From Paramoeba atlantica (lineage: Eukaryota > Protista > Discosea): a stretch of DNA of 64,000 nt. Location: assembly GCA_977017575.1 (NCBI GenBank), contig CDRNVI010000023.1, positions 372,001 to 436,000 of the forward strand, read 5' to 3'. The position numbers and the translations under genes were made by a program. Shown one piece after another: positions 10,388-20,056 of the stretch (within the stretch, counting starts at the first letter, position 1; each line of letters opens with the position of its first letter). The notes under the pieces are model-generated. The model had not been told where the DNA came from, searched no databases, and saw only the letters and a list, made by a program, of their open reading frames with translations.

Positions 10388-10749
10388 GCTCAAAGTGAAG
10401 CATTATTGCGTCTTTCTTGAAAAGAAATAGACGAAGATATTTGTTTTAGGTTTATGGACCGCTACTACATATTTCTTTCGATTTCGCTTCTAAAAAGCTG
10501 AGTCTGCACATTAATTAGAGATCCCAGCGAGCGACTCGCTCGCCAGCAATCAATGCTCGCTACGGTTCGGCTTCCAGCAGACAATTTAATCAATTGTGCT
10601 GTTGTGCGCAGTTCATAGTGATCAACCGTAAAAAAAAGGTTGTGTTTTTAATAATCTGACACACTCTAAAGGAAAACATATTTGTTTTAAACCTATATTT
10701 GAAAAATATAAAAAATATTTTTTTGGCGCAATGATGCTTCACTTTCACC
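10388..10749. mobile_element. MITE, same TIR family as 2779-3180
   Basis: TIR gctcaaagtgaagcattattgcg / cgcaatgatgcttcactttcacc; perfect 8-bp TSD caaatttt (10380-87, 10750-57). Confidence 0.9.
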
Positions 10750-11572
10750 CAAATTTTCCTTCGAGTCGCTTCGTTTGGTTCATCAACAAGTATGAAGAGC
10801 TACGTCCAGAGGTCCCTGCAAGCACCATCAGAATGGCAATTCCGCAGAAAAATCTAAAAACGTGGCATGAGAACGTTGGTATCTCCCACTGTACCCTGGG
10901 TTTATTCTCTTTTTCCCCTTTATGTCAATGCGATATCGATAAAGCCCATCCTCCCTAGCACACGGTTCAGCCGCGCGCCACCACGAATGCATACCACATC
11001 ATCTTCGGAGGATTCGGACCACAAAACACAGAAAGAAAATAGAAAGGGAAAGGGAAATAAAATCAGTTTCTATGACTTAATGATGTATTCTTTCTATGAC
11101 TTAATTCAAATGTAGTAAATTAAGCATCCATGATTCATGTTGTATGTACTCAGTACAACAAAGTATGTTTGTATGTACTCATGTTGACACATTATAAGGG
11201 CAGACAGATACATGTTAGGGATATATGCTAGGGCAGGCGTCCTTTAGCCGAAATGGGCTACGGCGTTTGTGTAGGCAAAGAAGTGGTAAGGCATGGGGTA
11301 TATACAAGTATAGTGTATAAAAAGGAAAGGGGTATATAAGGTAAGCAGAAAAGGAATATGATTTGAGGATAAATCGTTTATTTCTCTTTCCCAAATAATT
11401 TTTTATCGCATGTGACGACGCTAAACTCAAATATATTTTAAATAAAAAATATATTTTTTTTGTTCTTGGCTACATTTTTATGAGCTTCCGCCCAAATAAT
11501 CTTTTTTGCGTCGATTACTTTCTTTAAGTTTTTTAAACGGAAGCTCGAAAATTTAACGTGCCTGTAACACCA

Positions 11573-11670
11573 TAACATGCCTGTAGCACCATAACATGCC
11601 TGTAGCACAATAACATGCCTGTAGCACAATAACATGCCCCCTCGGCATGTTAACCTGTAACGCCTTTTAC
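11573..11670. repeat. Subterminal 19-bp repeats plus hairpin, probable Tc1/pogo-type MITE end
   Basis: (taacatgcctgtagcac(c/a)a)x~4 then taacatgcc-ccctc-ggcatgtta-acctgtaacgcc; related copies at about 12579-12640 and 16895-16940. Confidence 0.65.
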
Positions 11671-11740
11671 TAGTTTACTAGTCCAAGCTATGACCAAACT
11701 GTTTCACCGGTAATGTTTTCACGGTAAAATACTTTTATTT

Positions 11741-11986
11741 ATGACTGCTCTTGCTCATCTCCTGAAGCTACATCTTACAATGTTGGCTGTGATCCGCACT
11801 GCCGACTCGCACATGTCTACGTCGCGTCCTTCTAAGGTGAGAAACACAGAACTTCCAGATGAATACAATCTGGAGCGTTTTCTTAGAAATGTGGGGAAGC
11901 AGCATGATTCGTGGAGGGTTGAGAATCCTGTTTCTATCTGGGATGGCGTCACATGTAACATGCTGGACATTGTGCATACAATGTAA
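11741..11986 (+). pseudogene. LRR6, 5' fragment truncated after the cap
   Basis: Near-identical to the LRR7 start; switches to Tc1 sequence at about 11985. Confidence 0.88.
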
Positions 11987-12189
11987 ATCCAATCGAAAAC
12001 GTTTGGGGGGAACTCAAGCGGCGCCTTGCAGCGCACGATGATCCACCAAGCGGGGTCCGAGAGTTGTGGGAGAGGGTAAAAATGGAATGGGAGAACATAC
12101 CACCCTCACTATGTAGTGCCCAGGTGGACAGTATGCCTGCCCGTATGAAGGCAGTGCTGAAGGCTCGTGGGGTGAATACTAAATACTAA
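11986..12189 (+). mobile_element. Tc1-family transposase C-terminal fragment (not in the ORF track)
   Basis: Translates NPIENVWGELKRR...LWERVKMEWENIPPSLCSAQVDSMPARMKAVLKARGVNTKY*. Confidence 0.92.
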
Positions 12190-12263
12190 TTTTACGGGCA
12201 TAATCTCTCTTGGGCGATTACGTTTCATCTATTTTTTGGGACAAGATTTTCTCTATAATAGGT

Positions 12264-12468
12264 AGCAAAAAAACCTTTCGAATGCTAAACTTTTTTATAT
12301 TCATTCTTATTTATTTGGTAGAACGAACTGAGGTGAACTATCTACGGGTACTATTAGGTGACACTCATGCCTACACTACTAGCACACATTACCAGCGCAA
12401 CGGTGATATTTAGTCAATAGCTCTATACAAAAGAAAAAAAACCGAAACATTCGAACGGTTTTTTTGCT
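12264..12468. mobile_element. Short inverted-repeat element (MITE-like)
   Basis: 21-bp inverted repeats agcaaaaaaacctttcgaatg / cattcgaacggtttttttgct, 1 mismatch. Confidence 0.6.
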
Positions 12469-12709
12469 TATCTTGGCGATATTTTCATGAGCTTCCGCCC
12501 AAATAATCTTATTTGTGTCGATTGCTCTCTTTAAGTTTTTTAAACGGAAGCTCGAAAATTTAACGTGCCTGTAACACCATAACATGCCTGTAGCGCAATA
12601 ACATGCCCCCTCGGCATGTTAACCTGTAACGCCTTTTACTAGTTTACTAGTCCAAGCTATGACCAAACTGTTTCACCGGTAATGTTTTCACGGTAAAATA
12701 CTTTTATTT

Positions 12710-13360
12710 ATGACTGCTCTTGCTCATCTCCTGAAGCTACATCTTACCACGTTTTCTGTGATCCGCACTGCCGACTCGCATATATCTACGTCGCGTCCTT
12801 CTAAGGTGAGAAACACAGAACTTCCAGATGAATACAATCTGGAGCGTTTTCTTAGAAATGTCGGGAAGCAGCATGATTCGTGGAGGGTTGAGAATCCTGT
12901 TTCTATGTGGGATGGCGTCACATGTAACATGCTGGGCATTGTGCATAGCACATGTATCTCGTGGACAAACCGCGACCTTACTGGAACTTTTCGGTGGGAA
13001 TATATGCCGAAATCGACCGTTGCGTTCGACGTTCAACAAAATAGATTAAGTGGTGAAGTGCGCTTTGAACTTTTACCACCTAGTCTAGAATCGCTCAATT
13101 TAGCTCGGAATATGTTTTTCGGTCCTATTGATCTCAGATTTGCTCCGGGTGCTCTTACGGTGTTTTTCGGTGCGATGAATGAGTTCAGCGGCGAAGTTCT
13201 TCTTGGTAGTTTAAACCAAAACTTTCAGTATTTATACCTAATGAATAATCCGGATCTTAAAGGAACAATTTGCAGATCTGAACTACCCCGTAGGCTTAAA
13301 ACAACTGGAGTACTTCCGGGTCTTGATGTGGGAAGCACGAACATTAAACTAATTCCATAG
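12710..13360 (+). CDS. LRR-only protein, locus LRR7 (216 aa)
   Basis: RPSKVRNTELPDEYNL, WDGVTC cap, LRRs; paralog of LRR13. Confidence 0.9.
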   Translation: MTALAHLLKLHLTTFSVIRTADSHISTSRPSKVRNTELPDEYNLERFLRNVGKQHDSWRVENPVSMWDGVTCNMLGIVHSTCISWTNRDLTGTFRWEYMPKSTVAFDVQQNRLSGEVRFELLPPSLESLNLARNMFFGPIDLRFAPGALTVFFGAMNEFSGEVLLGSLNQNFQYLYLMNNPDLKGTICRSELPRRLKTTGVLPGLDVGSTNIKLIP

Positions 13361-13434
13361 AAGATTTTCACATCGATATATGAGTTTCTATTATTGCGGA
13401 GCCTAGAATTGAAAAAAAGAGTGAATACGTCCAG

Positions 13435-13507
13435 ATTGCGATGGTTGTATAACTACCGCTCTACCCTCGATTACTGAAAAAACAAATGAACAAAAACAGT
13501 GAAAATA
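13435..13507 (-). mobile_element. Hairpin terminus of the palindrome-ended element
   Basis: attgcgatggttgtataactaccgctctaccctcgatta is the reverse complement of the family terminus. Confidence 0.85.
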
Positions 13508-13534
13508 CTCCCCCTTTCATAATTCTTTCATAAT

Positions 13535-13566
13535 TATAAAGATACAGTTTCTGTACCTTGTTGGTA
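13535..13566 (+). pseudogene. Spliced-leader exon relic (about the last 29 nt) followed by GTA
   Basis: tataaaGATACAGTTTCTGTACcttgttg|gta matches the conserved kinetoplastid SL core GATACAGTTTCTGTAC and the TTG|GT donor spacing. Confidence 0.75.
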
Positions 13567-14105
13567 CATTTTGCTAGCCCTTCCTTTCTTTTCCCGGAAA
13601 CGGGCATACATTTTCCTTTTAAATGCCCGTTTCCGGCTGACGGCTAGCAGGGACTGTCCCTCTTGTCGTGGAAGTAGGAGACGTACCTCCGACTTTTCAC
13701 CCCTCCCCGGCTCACTCCTTGAGTGAGTTTTCTTCCCTCCCCGGCTTTCTTCTTCTCGCGCCTGTCTCTTCCCGGGAGCTATGCGCCATGGTGGCCTCCC
13801 TTGAGGACCACTGGGCGTGACTCTGCCTCGCATAATCGCGAGGCAGCGGTCGGTTGCAGTGCGCCCCTCCGGCTGCGTAAAGAGGTGGTGAGTTGCCTGG
13901 ACCACCTCTACCGACTGGGACCGAGTCGGTTGCAGTACGCCCCTCCGGCTGCGTAAAGAGAGGGCGAGTTTCCTGGACTCCCTCTACCGACCGAGTCCGT
14001 GTCGAACCCCCTTTGGCGACATCCGTTGTGGGCAGATTATGTGCCGATGATATCGGCCGTCGCATTAAGGGGATTATCTCTGCGCCAAAGAGCGCATGAT
14101 AAACA
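13567..14105 (+). mobile_element. GC-rich structured element downstream of the SL relic
   Basis: Nested hairpin 13572-13649; internal direct repeat cggttgcagt.cgcccctccggctgcgtaaagag x2; homology to 1970-2447. Confidence 0.6.
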
Positions 14106-14221
14106 ACGTTCTTAATTAGCGTTCCCTTAATTGGCGTTCCCTTATTTAATCTGTCTTTTAATTAATGTTTCCACGGTATTATCATTACGTCACTTAGGCA
14201 CGATATTAAACACTAACAACA

Positions 14222-14776
14222 ATGTTCGTCGCTCTCTTCACTCTGTGGGTAACAATACCGCCTCAACTTTATTTTGAGGACACAGCACCTCAGTTATCTC
14301 GACTAGGCAAACCCCTTGCGGCTATGTTGCCCGAAGAAGTTTTGCTTGTTCAATTTATTTCCAATCTCACCAACACAGACCGTAGTTGGCGAGCGACGAA
14401 GAAAAATATATTTCACAAGACAAAAGTTGTGTCAGCTTGCACGTGGAGGGGTGTGCAATGTACCTCGGAGCCCAGAGTACAAGGATTGTGGTGGAATTAC
14501 TTCAATCTGTCTGGAGAGCCAAACTGGCATTTTCTTCCGGCACATCTTCGTGATATTGATTTATCGTTTAATAGATTGACCGGGGAAGTGCCATTTTCTA
14601 TTCTTCCACCGACCATACGGATACTTTATTTACAGAATAACCAGTTTGTTGGTGAATTGCGCTTAAAAGAGCTTCCGTTTGGTTTGCGGAGTGTGCAGTT
14701 GCAAAACAACGAATTCATCAAAAGCAAGGGCTTCGCAGACGAATGTCCGGAATCTCTCATGGATCTTCAGTACTGA
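14222..14776 (+). CDS. LRR-only protein, locus LRR8 (184 aa)
   Basis: Paralog of LRR5, same length. Confidence 0.88.
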   Translation: MFVALFTLWVTIPPQLYFEDTAPQLSRLGKPLAAMLPEEVLLVQFISNLTNTDRSWRATKKNIFHKTKVVSACTWRGVQCTSEPRVQGLWWNYFNLSGEPNWHFLPAHLRDIDLSFNRLTGEVPFSILPPTIRILYLQNNQFVGELRLKELPFGLRSVQLQNNEFIKSKGFADECPESLMDLQY

Positions 14777-14856
14777 AGTCATGAGCCCGTATCATGAAAA
14801 GTCAAAAATAAATGGATCTATTGACGCAAACCGGGGGTGCAGACTACTCCTTCTCC

Positions 14857-14915
14857 CATAAGTAATTATAATTTCATCTTTGGAGACCTGAAATTTGTAT
14901 TTATAATTACTTATG
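14857..14915. repeat. AT-rich foldback repeat family
   Basis: Perfect 15-bp arms cataagtaattataa / ttataattacttatg; related foldbacks at 15721-15801 and 27785-27844. Confidence 0.75.
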
Positions 14916-15272
14916 ATTTATAATTTTGTGCACGGAATTTATAATTTATAAGTCCTATCCACGAGAAAAGTTTCGTCGACTATTAATAAATTTGATGTCA
15001 AAAAATACATGTGAAAATTTGAGACATTTGAGAATTGACTCCTCTCACCCACCTTTTTCCACACGCGCCCCATCTAACAATCACCAGGCCATGTTCCTTT
15101 AATATTTCACGTTTGACAGTGTTTCCGTCTACTATCATGAATTTTAATTTTAGCAATCGCTCCTGACTTGGCGCTCCTGACCTGGCTAGGTTTGCCTGGG
15201 TTTGCATTTTACTGGTTTCAGCCCTCTTAAAAATGCGGGACCCGAAGTGGGAGGCTTTTATATGCGGGACCC

Positions 15273-15638
15273 GCAGTAGGAGAGAGCGGCCCGTCTCCGG
15301 TACGTGGTCGCCCCGACCTCGGAGCCCAAGCTCCAGTTCTTGAGCTGTCCCATACGTTGTGGATGGCCGAGGCCAATAAACGGCGCACTCACGACGAGAT
15401 GGCGCTCGTTAGGGGGATGGAATTCCACCCCCTGGCCTTCACCACGTAATGTATGAGATCCCGGGCCCGGAGACCTTAACTTTCCTCAACAAGTCCGATA
15501 AAATGGGCTCACAAGTCCGATAAAAACGGTTGTCTATCGCACCTCGCGATGGCCTTGGGAGTGGCCATTCAGAGGAGAAATGCCCAGATCGTGCAGGCGG
15601 CTGTACAAGACTGGTGCCTCTGCGGTGTACGCGGGTAG
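15273..15638 (+). mobile_element. CRE/SLACS-clade non-LTR retrotransposon, restriction-like endonuclease C-terminal fragment (not in the ORF track)
   Basis: GRPDLG...MAEANKRRTHDEMALVRGMEFHPLAF...GPETLTFLNK, then after a small duplication LSHLAMALGVAIQRRNAQIV; fits the RLE R-PD...AE..K...F.PL...G and VAIQRGNA tail motifs. Confidence 0.8.
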
Positions 15639-16171
15639 CTGGATGGGGGGTTTAAGGGGGAAAACATTGAGATACAATTTCAAAATATTTTTATAAGATA
15701 CATTTTTTTCGTACAACGACCATAAGTAATTATAATTATAATGTAGTAGTTATAATTTATAAATTCAAAAAAGTTATAATTTATAATTATATTTACTTAT
15801 GAGAGGCGCAGTAGTTATATTGCAGTCGCAAAAAGGGTTCTAATTTTATTTTCTATTTCATTATGAATAAGGTACCCGCAAATAATGCATATCATATAAA
15901 GAGCATTTAAAATGGTATTTAGCCTTTTTTTACATTTCTATCCTTTACATTCTCATGACTTTCATAAAATTCCACACAGCCTACATGCTTTCAAAAAGTA
16001 TTGTCTAATAAGGGCTCGATGAGAGTAAACGTTTCGCTTTCATACCCGCTTGTAGATTCGTTGTCAACATGTATAGAGCTACTTGGTGAAGCAATAACTT
16101 CGGAGTCTAGTTCTTCACCTTCTTCATCGCGGAGAATTTGTTTTGTGGGATGTCCCGGTCTTTGGTACCTA

Positions 16172-16450
16172 CCGTAGACCCCCCAGTAATAGAATCGATT
16201 TTGGGTCAAAATGGACAAATCCTTGTTACTGGGGGGGTATGCTTTTTGGGTGAGAAAAGACATTTTTTGTACATGAGAGCGTTGATTTTCAGCCCATCCA
16301 ACCCCGCAACCACGCCATTCGCTCCCTCGCAACCGCCCTCACCCCGCCCAAACACCCCCTCCCCCCTCCAACGACCCTCCCGAGCCAAATCCTTGTTACT
16401 GGGGGTCAGCCGAAAAAGGGTCAAATCCTTGTTACTGGGGGGGTCTACGG
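16172..16450. mobile_element. Tc1/pogo-type MITE
   Basis: TIR ccgtagaccccccagtaa / ttactgggggggtctacgg with TA on both flanks; internal aaatccttgttactgggg repeats; partial copy at about 115-195. Confidence 0.85.
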
Positions 16451-16451
16451 T

Positions 16452-16738
16452 ATTATATTACTGTGTTCCTCTTTATAGTTTCACTGTTTTTGTTCACTTT
16501 TTTTTCTATAATCGAGGGTAGAGCGGTAGTTTTACAACCACCGCAATATCCTATCATTTTCCTATCATTTTCTTGTTTTAGATCTTATCCTATCATTTTC
16601 AGTTTTGGACCACCGGAGCCCCCTTTTATAAATTTTTCTTCTATTATATTACTGTTTTCCTCTATATATTTCCACTGTTTTCGTTCACCTTTTTTTCAAT
16701 GATCGAGGGTAGAGCGGTAGTTATACAACCACCGCAAT
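16452..16738 (+). mobile_element. Two tandem hairpin termini of the palindrome-ended element
   Basis: gagcggtagtt(t/a)tacaaccaccgcaat ends at 16547 and 16738. Confidence 0.85.
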
Positions 16739-16750
16739 AATTATTAATGA

Positions 16751-16823
16751 GGGGGAGTAGTGCAGTGGGTAGAACACGGGGCTCGTGATCGGGTGGACGC
16801 GGGTTCGACTCCCGGTCGTTACA
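16751..16823 (+). pseudogene. tRNA-derived sequence (tRNA pseudogene or SINE-like head)
   Basis: A box tagtgcagtgg and B box ggttcgactcc at canonical 73-nt tRNA spacing; T arm pairs but acceptor and anticodon stems do not. Confidence 0.55.
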
Positions 16824-17257
16824 GTTTCACAACACGCGGGTCTGAGCCATTCGCGACGTCGTTAGTCCCAAAACCACTGGAGCGGGATTGTAGCACTATA
16901 ACATGCCCCCCGGGCATGTTAACCTGTAACGCCGTTTACGAAAAATAAATTTTTAAAAATGACCAAGGGCAGGGGGCTATCACGTGACATATCCTCTCTA
17001 AAACTGTCAAAAGCGGATATGTCACGTGGTAAAAGTGACAAAGTTTTAGTGGCGAACACACGAAGAAGCTCGACGTTTACCGAGCTGGGTTGTCTATACT
17101 CAGTTAGTGTATCGGGGAACACAGTAAACTGTGCAGGGCTTTGCTATTTTGTTTAGTGAAATCTCTTAGATGCAATGTATCTTCAAATCAAACCTTATTT
17201 ACAACACTGTCTCCATCCACTTTTTAGTATTTTCTGAAGACCCTAACACGATTCTTT

Positions 17258-18064
17258 ATGCCTTTTTTTGCGATTCGATCTGTGGACGAAACGAAGTCGT
17301 CCTTTACGGGAACTCGCGCACGACTCGGAAAAGCGCGTGCATCATTATCCCAGGAATATTTCCTTGCCCAATTCATTTCCAATTTCACGAATTTAGATTC
17401 CTCGTGGAACGTCAATATTCCCGTTTGTAATTGGGTTGGAATCGATTGCATACGCGAAGGAGAGGTTGCGCATATTTATTGGTCAATACATCGTCTTTAT
17501 GGTATCCCACAGTGGAATTCTCTGCCATGTACACTCCAACATCTGTATCTTGATACCAACAAATTGTCCGGAACAATCCACATGGAGGACTTGCCTCGTC
17601 AGATTGCATGCGTCAATGTGGGTGGGAATTTATTTTCCGGGGAAGTGGATCTCTTTTTTCTGTCGGATACAATGCGATCGCTTTGTATTCTTTATAACAG
17701 TTTTGAAGGCCCACTTGACGTCACACGCCTCCCTCAGAACTTCAAAGTCTTAGATGCGAGCTCGAATCAGTTTACCGGACGACTTAATCTTTTACATCTT
17801 CCGCCGGTTATGGAACGTATCGCCGTTTCTAATAACGACTTCAGTGGTTCCGTTGATTTAGATCATCTGCCTTGTGATCTTTCTTTGTTTGATATTTCGA
17901 ATAATCCAAATCTTTTCGGTACGTATCGTCCTTCAACTCTTCCAGCTCATTTACGGGAGCGAAGCCTTTTGTTCATACTCTTTGTTTATGCGATTGACGA
18001 GGATACGTTTCGGGTGAAAGGTACAAAGCTTGCAAAGGCTGTTGACCGGACTTGTTGCATTTGA
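17258..18064 (+). CDS. LRR-only protein, locus LRR9 (268 aa)
   Basis: RLGKARASLSQEYFL, PVCNWVGIDC cap, about 6 LRRs. Confidence 0.9.
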   Translation: MPFFAIRSVDETKSSFTGTRARLGKARASLSQEYFLAQFISNFTNLDSSWNVNIPVCNWVGIDCIREGEVAHIYWSIHRLYGIPQWNSLPCTLQHLYLDTNKLSGTIHMEDLPRQIACVNVGGNLFSGEVDLFFLSDTMRSLCILYNSFEGPLDVTRLPQNFKVLDASSNQFTGRLNLLHLPPVMERIAVSNNDFSGSVDLDHLPCDLSLFDISNNPNLFGTYRPSTLPAHLRERSLLFILFVYAIDEDTFRVKGTKLAKAVDRTCCI

Positions 18065-18594
18065 CGTTATCGCCCGAACGTTTGCTTACAGGGACCGTAG
18101 CATTTCTTTCATTGAGCTTTACTTTTACAGTTTCTTGTGGTAGATACGGAGGTATTTAACTCGTCTACTTAACGCCCCTACGTGCAGTGACGGCCGATGC
18201 AATTCTCCCTTTCTGGTTTTGGAAAGAAATGCGTCTTTTACTATTCTGCATGGCTCTTTCAAATCACAAGTAAGGTGAATCAAATCGAATCACAATTAAA
18301 GTGCAGATTGTTTCCTAAAAACAACGGAGCGAATCAAAGGCTGGTGAATTTCAGTTTGAAACTGATCAAAGGAGACAATGATTTTGTTGGAAAGGGGACA
18401 ATGGTTTGGTTGCGATGTTAGCATCTGGAGTTAGGTCCATGCATCATAATATTGTTCATGTAAATCATAGAACTCATTTTGCATATAATGATTATAATTA
18501 ATGAATATGATGAATTATAATGATTATAATCCAGCTATCTTTTTTTTAAGAAGAAGAAGCGCTCTTTCGCCATATCAATAATATCTTCCCTAAC

Positions 18595-19206
18595 ATGGAT
18601 TCCTCAATTGCGTCACGCCCGAGTAAAGTGCGGGGCTCTTTTCTCCCAGAGGAGTACGAACTAACTCGCCTAATCGAAAATATTACGATCCCTCTTAAAA
18701 CATGGAACGATGCCACGCCAGCGTGCAAATGGGATCACGTCGTATGTAACGATCATGAAAGAGTGACAGAATTGCTCTGGTCTGTTGTATACACTCGAGG
18801 GACACTTTCAGGTACCTTACAGTGGCATCATCTCCCGAAAGCAATACGTGGTGTATTTCTACAGGGTAACTATTTTAGAAACGAAATAAAGGGGTCGATT
18901 GACGTTTCTACATTCCCACAGACGTTACAAAGATTTAGTGTTGCGACCGGTCGTTTTTCCGGGACTATCGATTTTTCAACTCTTCCTATCTCGTTGATAT
19001 CACTGAATTTGTCCTACAATTTTTTTACAGGACTCGTTGATGCTACATGTCTGCCTCCGAAGATTATCGAAATTAAGCTGAACGATAATATTTTTTTGGG
19101 CACACCGGATCTTTCGAGACTGCCAAATAGTTTGAAATTTTTCGCAATTTCTCACACGCATCTGGCTTTGCCGGACGGCACAGTTCCCGAATGTATGAGT
19201 GTGTAA
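18595..19206 (+). CDS. LRR-only protein, locus LRR10 (203 aa)
   Basis: RPSKVRGSFLPEEYEL, PACKWDHVVC cap, LRRs. Confidence 0.9.
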   Translation: MDSSIASRPSKVRGSFLPEEYELTRLIENITIPLKTWNDATPACKWDHVVCNDHERVTELLWSVVYTRGTLSGTLQWHHLPKAIRGVFLQGNYFRNEIKGSIDVSTFPQTLQRFSVATGRFSGTIDFSTLPISLISLNLSYNFFTGLVDATCLPPKIIEIKLNDNIFLGTPDLSRLPNSLKFFAISHTHLALPDGTVPECMSV

Positions 19207-19367
19207 CATGCCGTCTTCGTGATGTTTTTTTTTCGACGTCGAAGTCACTCCTGTTGCGCGCCTCTCGGTGAAAACAACCTCTGTGTTTATTTTTTCTCCC
19301 TAATCTTTAAGAACAATCCGCTCGGCTTTCTTGTTCAGTAGAAATTAATCATTTTGTTAATAAAAAT

Positions 19368-19947
19368 GGAGGATTAGTACCTAAATTTGGCAAAAAAATA
19401 TTTTTTATATACACTTTTAATGTTCTTCTAAATCCCTTTATAAGTACCTTAGGTCATCTTTTTTCACTTTTGACACTTGCACACGTCTTCATAGCATTAA
19501 AAGCTTAGAAAAGACTGACGGATGGCGTGCGAGCTTGGCACTCAGTTCCCTTGTGAACTACAATTTTGTAAACCATCGAGTAGAGTGGGTTACGAGCGAA
19601 GGTGTTTCTACGAACACCGTAGAAAGCATGAACAACCAGTTAAAGGTTGAACTAAAGTGTCGAGCTAACAGACTAGGAATTGAAGACGACGATCGGGAAG
19701 AAAAAATGAAATTCCTCACGGAGTGCGTGAACGGAAAGTTGAAAGTAAACGGCGGGTCTAGATTTCGACGTATTTTGGCAGACATCCGTCTCTTTTGTGA
19801 ATCTGTGGTGATGCAAAAAGAAAGAATGGGCCAAAAAAGGTCGAGGAAGTGATTAAAAGATAGATGTAGTCATGTAACGAGAAGCACGAAGAATTCGAGA
19901 ATAAATTTAGGAAAAAAAAAATTGCGCAATTTAGGTACTAATTGTCC
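19368..19947 (+). mobile_element. Merlin (IS1595/ISXO2-like) DNA transposon, internally deleted
   Basis: TIRs ggaggattagtacctaaatt / aatttaggtactaattgtcc; perfect 8-bp TSD ataaaaat; frame 19511-19852 reads KTDGWRAS...VNHRVEWVTSEGVSTNTVES. Confidence 0.92.
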
Positions 19948-20056
19948 ATAAAAATATTATTCGCTTTAATAGTACGTTGTAAATTGCATCACCCATATAC
20001 GAATCGGTTTACACATATCGAATGACTTTTGCCCACCCCATACAAAATCCTCCTTT

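Noticed and set aside
11573-11670. Helitron 3' end call for the taacatgcc hairpin family
   Set aside because: No CTRR terminus at the expected distance; the downstream sequence looks more like a pogo/Tc1 TIR
15991-16170. Acidic minus-strand stretch as a piggyBac N-terminus
   Set aside because: No catalytic motifs and no TTAA-flanked TIR pair found
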